From Escherichia coli (lineage in GTDB: Bacteria > Pseudomonadota > Gammaproteobacteria > Enterobacterales > Enterobacteriaceae), in the NCBI RefSeq assembly GCF_048403405.1, contig NZ_CP183129.1: a stretch of DNA of 64,000 bases; one strand, given 5' to 3'. Positions 14,764-22,893 of the stretch are shown one piece after another. The translations under genes were made by a program, and so were the position numbers. Position 1 is the first letter of the stretch. Each line of letters opens with the position of its first letter. The notes beneath the pieces are model-generated. The model did no database searches. It was given only the letters and a program-made list of their open reading frames with translations, and was not told the origin of the DNA.

Positions 14764-16184
14764 ATACCTTATTTAATCAGCCTTTGAAGGTTGTGAACGC
14801 GGGACTACACAGTTTTGCTGACAATATTCAACATGCCGGGGGAAGCGCAATTGCACTCAACTGGCAGCCACCAGCACAAGGCGATATTGACGCTGGATTG
14901 GATCTGGCATCGTTGCTACGTCATCCACTGGTAGAAAATGCCAACCAAATCGCCATGACACGTTATCTCGAAGCACAGCCCGTGCTGGTAGATGTCATGC
15001 TCGCTAAAGAGGCCATTCCAGCAATGGCTGAACAAAAACGTATTTTGCACTCTGGCCCGCCGATTGCCTGGGAAGAGATGTGTGGTCCGGTAAAAGGGGC
15101 GATTATTGGTGCCATGCTGTACGAAGGTTGGGCCACCAGCCAGCAAGACGCTGAAAACCAGATAAACGCAGGCGAAATCGACCTTGCCCCTTGTCATCAT
15201 TATCACGCGGTTGGCCCAATGGCTGGCATCATCAGCCCGTCGATGCCGTTATGGGTGGTAGAAAACAAAACCAACGGCCACCGTACTTTTAGCAATTTCA
15301 ATGAAGGTCTGGGTAAGGTTCTCCGTTTTGGCGCCAATAACGATGAAGTTCTCAATCGTCTGGCCTGGATGCGCGATGAACTGGCGCCGGCAATGAAAGC
15401 AGCAATCGCACAACACGGCGAGCTGGAACTCAAGCCATTAATGGCGCAGGCGCTGCATATGGGGGATGAAGTTCATAACCGCAATGCTGCCGCTACCGGT
15501 TTGCTGATTAAGCGCCTGCTCCCGGCATTGCTGGCCTGCTCTCTTCCACAGGAACATATCCAGCGCGTCGTGGCATTTATCACCGGTAACGATCACTTCT
15601 TCCTCAATCTGTCGATGGCTGCCTGTAAAGCAATGATGGATGCCGCCGCCAATGTACCGTTCAGTTCAATGGTTACGGTGATGGCGCGTAACGGGGTGAA
15701 TTTTGGTATTCGGCTTTCCGGTACTGGCGATCGCTGGTTCCAGGCTCCTGCCAATGCCGTTGAAGGTCTGTTCTTCCCCGGATTTGGCGTTGACGACGCT
15801 GCTGCTGACCTGGGTGATAGCGCAATTACTGAAACCGCAGGTGTGGGTGGCTTCGCGATGGCGTCGTCTCCGGCGATCGTCAAATTTGTGGGAGGCACCC
15901 CTGCCGATGCCACCAATAACAGCCGTCGGATGCAAGCCATCACCCTCGGCGGTAACCCCGCATTTACACTTCCAGCCCTCAATTTTGCCCCCACCGCAGC
16001 AGGGATTGATGCGCGTAAAGTGACCGATCGCGGCATTTTACCGGTCATCAATACGGGTATCGCCCACAAACAAGCGGGGGTCGGGCAAATTGGTGCCGGG
16101 ATCACCACTGCGCCGATGGCCTGTTTTGTCGCCGCTGTACGTGCACTGGCGGAGATCGTCGCAAAGGAGAACCATCATGGTTAA
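14760..16184 (+). CDS. DUF1116-family protein (YlbE/YahG/AllG-like)
   Basis: ORF open from 14709; I place the start at the ATG at 14760, which overlaps the FdrA-like stop (ATGA), giving MNTLFNQPLKVVNAG. Same gene order as yahF-yahG and fdrA-ylbE. Confidence 0.75.
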   Translation: MNTLFNQPLKVVNAGLHSFADNIQHAGGSAIALNWQPPAQGDIDAGLDLASLLRHPLVENANQIAMTRYLEAQPVLVDVMLAKEAIPAMAEQKRILHSGPPIAWEEMCGPVKGAIIGAMLYEGWATSQQDAENQINAGEIDLAPCHHYHAVGPMAGIISPSMPLWVVENKTNGHRTFSNFNEGLGKVLRFGANNDEVLNRLAWMRDELAPAMKAAIAQHGELELKPLMAQALHMGDEVHNRNAAATGLLIKRLLPALLACSLPQEHIQRVVAFITGNDHFFLNLSMAACKAMMDAAANVPFSSMVTVMARNGVNFGIRLSGTGDRWFQAPANAVEGLFFPGFGVDDAAADLGDSAITETAGVGGFAMASSPAIVKFVGGTPADATNNSRRMQAITLGGNPAFTLPALNFAPTAAGIDARKVTDRGILPVINTGIAHKQAGVGQIGAGITTAPMACFVAAVRALAEIVAKENHHG

Positions 16185-17133
16185 GCCACTGGCTGTTGTC
16201 GCGGTTGGCGGCAATGCGCTCATTCAGGACGAGCAACGCAATAGTATTCCCGATCAATATGTTGCAGTGATGGAAAGCGTGCAGCATATCGTTGATATGG
16301 TTGAAGCCGGATGGGACCTGGTGCTAACCCACGGTAATGGCCCGCAGGTGGGCTTTATTCTGCGCCGCTCTGAACTCGCCAGTAACGAAGTTTCTCCGGT
16401 TCCACTTGATTACGCCGTGGGTGATACACAAGGTGCAATTGGCTACATGTTCCAGAAAGCGCTGCATTACGAATTGGCTCGCCGTGGCATAAACAAACCG
16501 GTAATTGCCCTGGTGACACAAACGCGAGTCAGCCCACATGACGATGCTTTCGCCAACCCCAGTAAACCGATTGGCGCGTTTCTCGATGAAGCAACGGCCC
16601 AACAACGCCAACAACAACTCGGCTGGACGCTGATGGAGGACGCCGGGCGTGGTTGGCGGCGTACAGTTCCCTCTCCTGCACCACTGGAAATTATTGAGCA
16701 CGACACCATCGCTCACCTGGTGCGCCAGGGATATCTGGTTATTGCCTGCGGCGGCGGCGGTATTCCGGTGGTGCGAGACGGGCAACAACTGAAAGGTGTA
16801 GAAGCCGTGATCGATAAAGATCTGGCCTCCGCGCTGCTCGCCAGTCAGTTAGGCGCAGATCTGCTGGTGATCCCCACCGGTGTAGAAAAAGTGGCGATTA
16901 ACTTTGGTACACCACAACAACAGTGGCTCGACGCTATCAGCGTTGCCGAAGCGCAAACGCTGTTGCGGGAAGGTCAGTTTGGTGTCGGCAGTATGCAACC
17001 CAAAGTGGAAGCCATTGTTGATTTCATCAATGCCAGCCAGCAACAAGGCAAACAGGCCAGCGGCCTGATTACTTCACCGCAAACCATAAAAGCAGCCCTG
17101 GCGCATCAGAGCGGTACATGGATAACCCTTTAA
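16177..17133 (+). CDS. Carbamate kinase (ArcC/YahI/AllK family)
   Basis: ORF open from 16090; start placed at MVKPLAVVAVGGNALI (the classic carbamate kinase N-terminus) with an AAGGAGA SD 7 nt upstream; 8-bp overlap with the preceding gene. Confidence 0.85.
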   Translation: MVKPLAVVAVGGNALIQDEQRNSIPDQYVAVMESVQHIVDMVEAGWDLVLTHGNGPQVGFILRRSELASNEVSPVPLDYAVGDTQGAIGYMFQKALHYELARRGINKPVIALVTQTRVSPHDDAFANPSKPIGAFLDEATAQQRQQQLGWTLMEDAGRGWRRTVPSPAPLEIIEHDTIAHLVRQGYLVIACGGGGIPVVRDGQQLKGVEAVIDKDLASALLASQLGADLLVIPTGVEKVAINFGTPQQQWLDAISVAEAQTLLREGQFGVGSMQPKVEAIVDFINASQQQGKQASGLITSPQTIKAALAHQSGTWITL

Positions 17134-17149
17134 ATCTCTGGAGAACACA

Positions 17150-17539
17150 ATGACTACAACGCTTTTAGCCGTTAACGGAACGCTGATGCGCGGCCTGGAA
17201 CTCAACCCAAATATGAAAAAAGCGGGCGGTATTTTTGTCCGTGAAGACCGAACTGACGCCCATTACCGGTTGTGGAGTATTAACGATCGCCATCCGGGAA
17301 TGATTCGCGTGAATGAAGGAGGAACACACGTCGACGTAGAAATTTGGCAATTACCGCTGGCCAGTTTTGCCGCTCTGTTAATGAGCGAACCCGCTGGGCT
17401 GGCAATTGGCAAAATCAAACTTGCCGATGGTAGCGAAGTGCTGGGCGTACTGGCAGAAAACTGGCTGACCGAAGGCCAACGGGAAATTACAGAACTGGGC
17501 GGCTGGCGCAAATACACCGGGCATTTTCATACTGTGTAA
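17150..17539 (+). CDS. Small protein resembling the C-terminal domain of allophanate hydrolase (GGCT-like fold), tentative
   Basis: 129-aa ORF. The segment YRLWSINDRHPGMIRVNEGGTHVDVEIWQLPLASFAALLMSEPAGLAIGKIKLADGSEVLGVLAENW...LGGWRKY resembles the allophanate hydrolase C-terminal domain pattern as I remember it. Assignment from memory only. Confidence 0.5.
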   Translation: MTTTLLAVNGTLMRGLELNPNMKKAGGIFVREDRTDAHYRLWSINDRHPGMIRVNEGGTHVDVEIWQLPLASFAALLMSEPAGLAIGKIKLADGSEVLGVLAENWLTEGQREITELGGWRKYTGHFHTV

Positions 17540-17564
17540 CGCGCATTTATAAAGGGAACATACT

Positions 17565-18788
17565 ATGCGTAAAAAAGAAGAGAATCTGAATACGGCATCA
17601 GGATTGCGTATTGCCATGATTTTGCTGGGTATTGCCGTCACACCTGTGCTGTTGTCATCCTCAAGCCTCGGCAATCAACTTTCCAGCGGCAGTTTAATTA
17701 GCGTCGTATTGTTAGGCGGCGTCATTCTGACCTTACTTTCAGCCATCACCATTAGCGTGGGAGAAAAAGCCCGCCTGCCAACGTATGGCATTGTGAAATA
17801 TTCGTTTGGCGAAAAAGGGGCCATCGCCATTAACATTTTGATGGCGATAAGTCTGTTCGGCTGGATTGCCGTTACCGCCAATATGTTTGGTCATTCGGTA
17901 CATGACTTACTGGCTCAACATGGACTGGAAGTTCCACTGGCACTGTTAGTGGCGGCTGGCTGTGTCATTTTTGTCGCCTCTACGGCATTTGGCTTTGCCG
18001 TTCTGGGAAAAATTGCCCAGGTTGCCGTGCCGGTTATCGCGCTGGTGCTGTGTTACATCCTCTATGTGGCAACCCATACCGAAGTGGCAGTACCAGCGGC
18101 GATTGTGGAGATGAATACAGGTGTCGCCGTTTCCACCGTTGTTGGCACCATTATTGTGCTGGTTGCCACACTGCCTGATTTCGGTAGTTTTGTGCATAAC
18201 CGCAAACATGCACTGATTGCCGCAGGCGTGACGTTTCTGGTTGCCTACCCTCTGCTCTACTGGGCGGGTGCAACGCCGAGCGCCATTAGTGGTCAGGGAT
18301 CTTTACTGGGTGCGATGGCGGTATTCGGTGCGGTTCTGCCTGCGGCGCTGTTGTTGATTTTCGCCTGCGTCACCGGTAACGCGGGCAATATGTTCCAGGG
18401 CACGCTGGTGGTTTCCACACTGCTTACCCGCTTTCCCAAATGGCAGATTACCGTGGCGCTGGGTATCCTTTCCGCCATCGTAGGCAGTATGGATATTATG
18501 GCGTGGTTTATTCCGTTTCTGCTGTTCCTGGGTATCGCCACGCCACCCGTTGCCGGAATTTATATCGCTGACTTTTTCCTTTATCGCCGTAATGGCTATC
18601 AAGAGTCAGTGTTAGCCCAGGAGTCACAGATTAAAGTGCTGACATTCGCAGCATGGATCATAGGCGCAGCGGTTGGCTTTATGACCGTAAAAGGCTTATT
18701 CACCCTGACGACGATCCCTTCGGTAGACTCGATTCTGGTGGCATGTATCGCGTATGCGATTCTCAGTCGGGCAAGTCAACACCGCTAA
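17565..18788 (+). CDS. NCS1-family nucleobase/hydantoin-type permease (CodB-like)
   Basis: 407-aa polytopic membrane protein (about 12 hydrophobic segments) with length and organisation like the cytosine permease CodB. Confidence 0.75.
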   Translation: MRKKEENLNTASGLRIAMILLGIAVTPVLLSSSSLGNQLSSGSLISVVLLGGVILTLLSAITISVGEKARLPTYGIVKYSFGEKGAIAINILMAISLFGWIAVTANMFGHSVHDLLAQHGLEVPLALLVAAGCVIFVASTAFGFAVLGKIAQVAVPVIALVLCYILYVATHTEVAVPAAIVEMNTGVAVSTVVGTIIVLVATLPDFGSFVHNRKHALIAAGVTFLVAYPLLYWAGATPSAISGQGSLLGAMAVFGAVLPAALLLIFACVTGNAGNMFQGTLVVSTLLTRFPKWQITVALGILSAIVGSMDIMAWFIPFLLFLGIATPPVAGIYIADFFLYRRNGYQESVLAQESQIKVLTFAAWIIGAAVGFMTVKGLFTLTTIPSVDSILVACIAYAILSRASQHR

Positions 18789-18865
18789 TTCCTGGGTATA
18801 CTCAGGCAATGATTACGGCTGAATCTGGAGAGATTCAGCCACTTTACCACTGACCAGGGAGCCTT

Positions 18866-19771
18866 ATGTTCATCTCAGACGAAACGCTTCGTGTTATTCA
18901 TCTGGTCGCCAGACACCAGAGCATTACCATCGCAGCCGAGCAGTTAAATAAAGTCCCTTCCGCCATCAGTTACACCATCAAGAAAGCGGAAGAGAGCCTG
19001 GGCGTTGAACTGTTCATTCGTAAGGGACGCTATATTGAATTATCGCCAGCGGGAAGTTACTTCATCGAACATAGCAAAACTATTCTTGGCGACCTGGAAG
19101 CATTAAAGCGCAACACAGTGCTGATTCACGATGGTATTGAGCGTGAACTGACAATTGCGGTAAACAATATTATTCCTGGTAATTTGCTGGTGGCATTTAT
19201 TCGAGATTTTGAACGGCAATTCACATCAACAACACTGACGGTAGATCTTGAGGTATACAACGGCTGCTGGGATGCGCTGTACAGTAAGCGTGCTGATCTG
19301 GTCTACGGTGCTCCTCATGCAGTACCAAGTAGTGAAGGCATCATTAGCGAACCGGTCGGACAAATGGAATGGGATTTTGTCGTCAGCCCACTCCACCCAC
19401 TGGCAGCGAAGCGGCATCCATTAGAAAACAGTGAATTGCGTCATTATCCAGCGGTTTGTATCCGCGATACCTCCGTTAACTTCCCCCCGATGCAAGCCTG
19501 GTTGTTGGAAGGACAAAAACCCATTTTTGTTCCTGACTTCGCTACGGCAATCGCCTTAATAGAACAAAACGTCGGTATTGGTTATATTCCACATCATCTG
19601 GCATTGCCGTTATTGAACAGCGGTAAATTGCTTAAAAAGCCAATGCGCGAACATAAACACGCCACCAAGTTATTTCTTGCCGCTCGTTCCGATGGTATGG
19701 GCAAAGCCTGTCAGTGGTGCATAGAATATTTAAGAAACCCGCAATTAATGACACGATTTGTATTTAATTGA
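18866..19771 (+). CDS. LysR-family transcriptional regulator
   Basis: 301-aa ORF with N-terminal HTH (ITIAAEQLNKVPSAISYTIKKAEESLGVELFIRKGR) and C-terminal LysR substrate-binding domain. Confidence 0.85.
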   Translation: MFISDETLRVIHLVARHQSITIAAEQLNKVPSAISYTIKKAEESLGVELFIRKGRYIELSPAGSYFIEHSKTILGDLEALKRNTVLIHDGIERELTIAVNNIIPGNLLVAFIRDFERQFTSTTLTVDLEVYNGCWDALYSKRADLVYGAPHAVPSSEGIISEPVGQMEWDFVVSPLHPLAAKRHPLENSELRHYPAVCIRDTSVNFPPMQAWLLEGQKPIFVPDFATAIALIEQNVGIGYIPHHLALPLLNSGKLLKKPMREHKHATKLFLAARSDGMGKACQWCIEYLRNPQLMTRFVFN

Positions 19772-19899
19772 CAATACAATGATAAAAATATAAGTCTTGC
19801 TTTAATTAGAGCGCCCGTTTAAATTATTTTTGTGCAGTTGACGTAACTCATGAAAATTAACCGGTCTGTTAATCATTACGTTCACTGCACACCTTCATT

Positions 19900-19940
19900 T
19901 TTTCACACCTATCCACGCCTGAAAACTATGTTATAATCAG
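19900..19940 (+). promoter_or_regulatory. Putative sigma70 promoter with extended -10 (TGTTATAAT) for the RpiR-family gene
   Basis: TGTTATAAT at about 19929-19937 in an AT-rich intergenic region, about 30 nt upstream of the ATG at 19971. No convincing -35. Confidence 0.3.
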
Positions 19941-19970
19941 CACTTTCTGTCAGAATGAAATTTACTAATT

Positions 19971-20816
19971 ATGAATAACATAACCGTAAAAAGTCTGATT
20001 CAAAGCAATTACCCTACACTGCATCAGGCGGAAAAAAAGGTCGCCGACTATATTCTTAGCCACGCACATGAAGTCGTGAACTATAGTGTCACTGAACTAT
20101 CAGAAAAAAGCCATGCCAGTGAAGCGACTATCGTGCGCACCTGTAAGAAATTAGGTTATCAGGGTTATTACCATTTAAAAATTGCATTAGCAAAAGAAGT
20201 CATTAATCCTGACAATAGCTATCCTGATAATACCGATTTTACCGATATAACGTCGCTGGCCACATTTTTATTAAAAAAACAGGCCGAAGATTTAATACAA
20301 TCAACGCAATTTTTTAATGCCGAAGTGCTTGAGTCCATTCTCAAACTACTTGCTAATTGCGATACTATTTTCTTTTTTGCTGCCGGAAATTCAAACCCTC
20401 TGGCCGTTTATGGTGCTTATAAATTCAGCCAACTCGGATTAAAAACCGTTGTTCACGTCAGCCCGGAAATGCAAATTAATGCGGCATATTCTATGGGGAA
20501 ACGCGACCTGGCGATTGGTATTTCTAACTCTGGCAGCACCAACTTAATGGTCGATATCTTTAAAGTGGTGAAAGAGCGCGGTGCCAAATCCGTTTGTATC
20601 ACTAACTATATTAAATCTCCGTTATCAAAACTCTCCACCCATCAACTCAATACCGCGGTCAGCGATAAAATCTTCTTTGAAGCCTTCGACTCCACTCGCG
20701 TTCCGGCAATGGGCGTTATTGATATGCTGGTGCTGTTGTTTATGTATAAAAACAAGGCGCATTACGAGAAATACCGCACCCGTGAAGAGTTTCTCGGCTC
20801 CCGTTTCAAGGGGTAA
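19971..20816 (+). CDS. RpiR/MurR-family transcriptional regulator (HTH + SIS domain)
   Basis: 281-aa ORF with N-terminal HTH_6-type region (SVTELSEKSHASEATIVRTCKKLGYQGYYHLK) and C-terminal SIS domain. Confidence 0.85.
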   Translation: MNNITVKSLIQSNYPTLHQAEKKVADYILSHAHEVVNYSVTELSEKSHASEATIVRTCKKLGYQGYYHLKIALAKEVINPDNSYPDNTDFTDITSLATFLLKKQAEDLIQSTQFFNAEVLESILKLLANCDTIFFFAAGNSNPLAVYGAYKFSQLGLKTVVHVSPEMQINAAYSMGKRDLAIGISNSGSTNLMVDIFKVVKERGAKSVCITNYIKSPLSKLSTHQLNTAVSDKIFFEAFDSTRVPAMGVIDMLVLLFMYKNKAHYEKYRTREEFLGSRFKG

Positions 20817-20840
20817 AAGGTCATCCTTTCACCCCTTGTG
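20810..20840. terminator. Hairpin between the convergent RpiR-family and transketolase genes (possible bidirectional terminator)
   Basis: GGGGTAAAAGG-TCAT-CCTTTCACCCC inverted repeat overlapping the rpiR-like stop codon, followed by TTGTG; 30-bp gap between convergent stops. Confidence 0.4.
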
Positions 20841-20845
20841 CAGGT

Positions 20846-22843
20846 TTAGCTATTCAGTAGCTCACGCGCCTGCGCCAGGACATTTTCCGGCGTAAAACCA
20901 AAGTGTTTGAACAACACATTCGCCGGAGCAGACTCACCAAAGCTCGTCATCCCAATGACTTTACCATCCAGACCGACGTAGCGTTCCCAGAATCCGGCGA
21001 TGCTGGCTTCTACCGCCAGACGTTTGCGTACAGCTTTTGGCAATACCGATTCTTTGTACGCCGCATCCTGATTATCGAAACGCTCGGTACACGGCATGGA
21101 AACTACGCGAACTTTACGCCCTTCTTCCGTTAACGCTTTTGCGGCGCTGACCACTAACTCAATCTCTGAACCCGCAGAAATGAGGATCATCTCAGGCTGA
21201 CCGTCACAATCACTCAGTACATAACCACCACGCGCAATCTCTGCCAACTGTGCAGCGGTGCGCGGCTGTTGCGCCAGCGGTTGGCGCGTTAATACCAACG
21301 ACGTTGGGCCATCTTTGCGCTCAATCGCCTGTTGCCAGGCCACCGCCACTTCCACCTGATCGCAACCGCGCCAGGTTTCCATATTCGGCGTCAGACGCAG
21401 CGACGCCAGTTGCTCAACGGGCTGATGTGTCGGGCCGTCTTCGCCCAGGCCGATGGTATCGTGGGTATAAACAAACACCGAGCGGATCTTCATCAGCGCC
21501 GCCATGCGCAGTGCATTACGCGCATATTCCATAAACATCAGGAAAGTACCGCCGTAAGGGATAAACCCACCATGCAGCGCAAGACCGTTCATGATGGCCG
21601 ACATACCAAATTCACGCACGCCATAGGAGATGTAATTCCCCGCCGGATTTTCCCCGGTGAAATCAACCGATTTCTGATGGCGAGTCAGGTTAGAGGGCGA
21701 CAAGTCCGCCGAGCCGCCCATCAGTTCCGGCAGCATATCAGCGAAGTGATTGAGGCATTTCTGGCTGACCTGACGGGTTGCCAGCGCCGCCGGATGGGAT
21801 TGCAGATCGTGCACATATTTCTGCATATTCTCGGCCCAGCCAGCAGGCAAATCACCCTTCATGCGACGAGTAAACTCCGCCGCCAGTTCCGGCCACTGCT
21901 TCGCGTAGTCAGCAAACAGTGCATCCCATTCCTGTTGAACCTGCGCGCCTTTCTCGGTCGCATCCCATTCGGCATAAATTTCACCAGGAATTTCGAAAGG
22001 GGCATACGGCCATTGCAGACGTTCACGCACCAGCGCCACTTCATCTGCACCCAGCGCCGAGCCGTGGCAATCGTGGCTGTTGGCTTTATTTGGTGAACCA
22101 AAACCGATAATCGTTTTGCAGCACAGCAGACTGGGCTTATCCGTGACGCTTTTCGCTTCACGCACCGCAGCATCTACCGCTTCTGGATCGTGACCATCAA
22201 CGCCTTCAATGACATGCCAGCCGTAGGCACGAAAACGGGCAGCCGTATCTTCAGCGAACCAGCCTTCTACGTGACCATCGATCGAAATACCGTTATCGTC
22301 CCAGATAGCAATCAGATTGCCGAGCTTCAGCGTTCCTGCAAGACCACAGGCCTCGTGGGAGATCCCTTCCATCAGGCAGCCATCACCCAAAAATAGCCAT
22401 GTGTGATGATCAACAATATTAAAGCCCGGTTTGTTAAATTCTGCCGCCAGCGCCTTCTCCGCAATCGCCATCCCCACCGCATTAGCTACGCCCTGCCCCA
22501 ACGGGCCGGTGGTGGTTTCAACACCCGGCGTATAACCATATTCTGGATGACCCGGCGTGCGGGAGTGGAGCTGACGAAAGTCGCGAATATCATCCATCGA
22601 CAGGTCGTAGCCTGTAAGATGCAGCAAAGCGTAAATCAACATGGAGCCGTGACCGTTCGACTGAACATAGCGGTCGCGGTTAAACCACTGCGGATTTTTT
22701 GGGTTATGACGCAGGTGACGACGCCAGACCACTTCGGCAATATCCGCCATCCCCATCGGCGCGCCCGGATGACCGGAGTTCGCTTTCTGGATCGCATCAA
22801 CACTTAACATTCGGATGGCATTAGCCAGTAATTGTGAATTCAT
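20846..22843 (-). CDS. tkt: Transketolase paralog (third tkt copy; possibly the ExPEC-associated 'tkt1')
   Basis: 665-aa ORF collinear with E. coli TktA/TktB over its whole length ([81 protein letters not shown]) but clearly divergent from both, and located in an accessory island. Confidence 0.9.
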   Translation of the reverse strand: MNSQLLANAIRMLSVDAIQKANSGHPGAPMGMADIAEVVWRRHLRHNPKNPQWFNRDRYVQSNGHGSMLIYALLHLTGYDLSMDDIRDFRQLHSRTPGHPEYGYTPGVETTTGPLGQGVANAVGMAIAEKALAAEFNKPGFNIVDHHTWLFLGDGCLMEGISHEACGLAGTLKLGNLIAIWDDNGISIDGHVEGWFAEDTAARFRAYGWHVIEGVDGHDPEAVDAAVREAKSVTDKPSLLCCKTIIGFGSPNKANSHDCHGSALGADEVALVRERLQWPYAPFEIPGEIYAEWDATEKGAQVQQEWDALFADYAKQWPELAAEFTRRMKGDLPAGWAENMQKYVHDLQSHPAALATRQVSQKCLNHFADMLPELMGGSADLSPSNLTRHQKSVDFTGENPAGNYISYGVREFGMSAIMNGLALHGGFIPYGGTFLMFMEYARNALRMAALMKIRSVFVYTHDTIGLGEDGPTHQPVEQLASLRLTPNMETWRGCDQVEVAVAWQQAIERKDGPTSLVLTRQPLAQQPRTAAQLAEIARGGYVLSDCDGQPEMILISAGSEIELVVSAAKALTEEGRKVRVVSMPCTERFDNQDAAYKESVLPKAVRKRLAVEASIAGFWERYVGLDGKVIGMTSFGESAPANVLFKHFGFTPENVLAQARELLNS

Positions 22844-22893
22844 ACTTCAGCTCTCTCTGTCTGGCGGGCTGAAACCAGCCCGCTAATCTCGAA

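Noticed and set aside
21332-22096. 254-aa plus-strand ORF (Arg/His-rich) inside the transketolase gene, and similar antisense ORFs inside metE, recQ, cyaA, aslA and others
   Set aside because: These are antisense open frames within well-supported genes. Their biased, low-complexity composition is typical of non-coding antisense frames in GC-rich coding DNA.
20846-22843. Transketolase as the core tktA or tktB gene
   Set aside because: The sequence is clearly a paralog (many substitutions relative to both TktA and TktB as I recall them), and the genomic context (PTS/SIS operon within the ysgA-metE insertion) is not that of tktA (near speB/cmtB) or tktB (talA-tktB).
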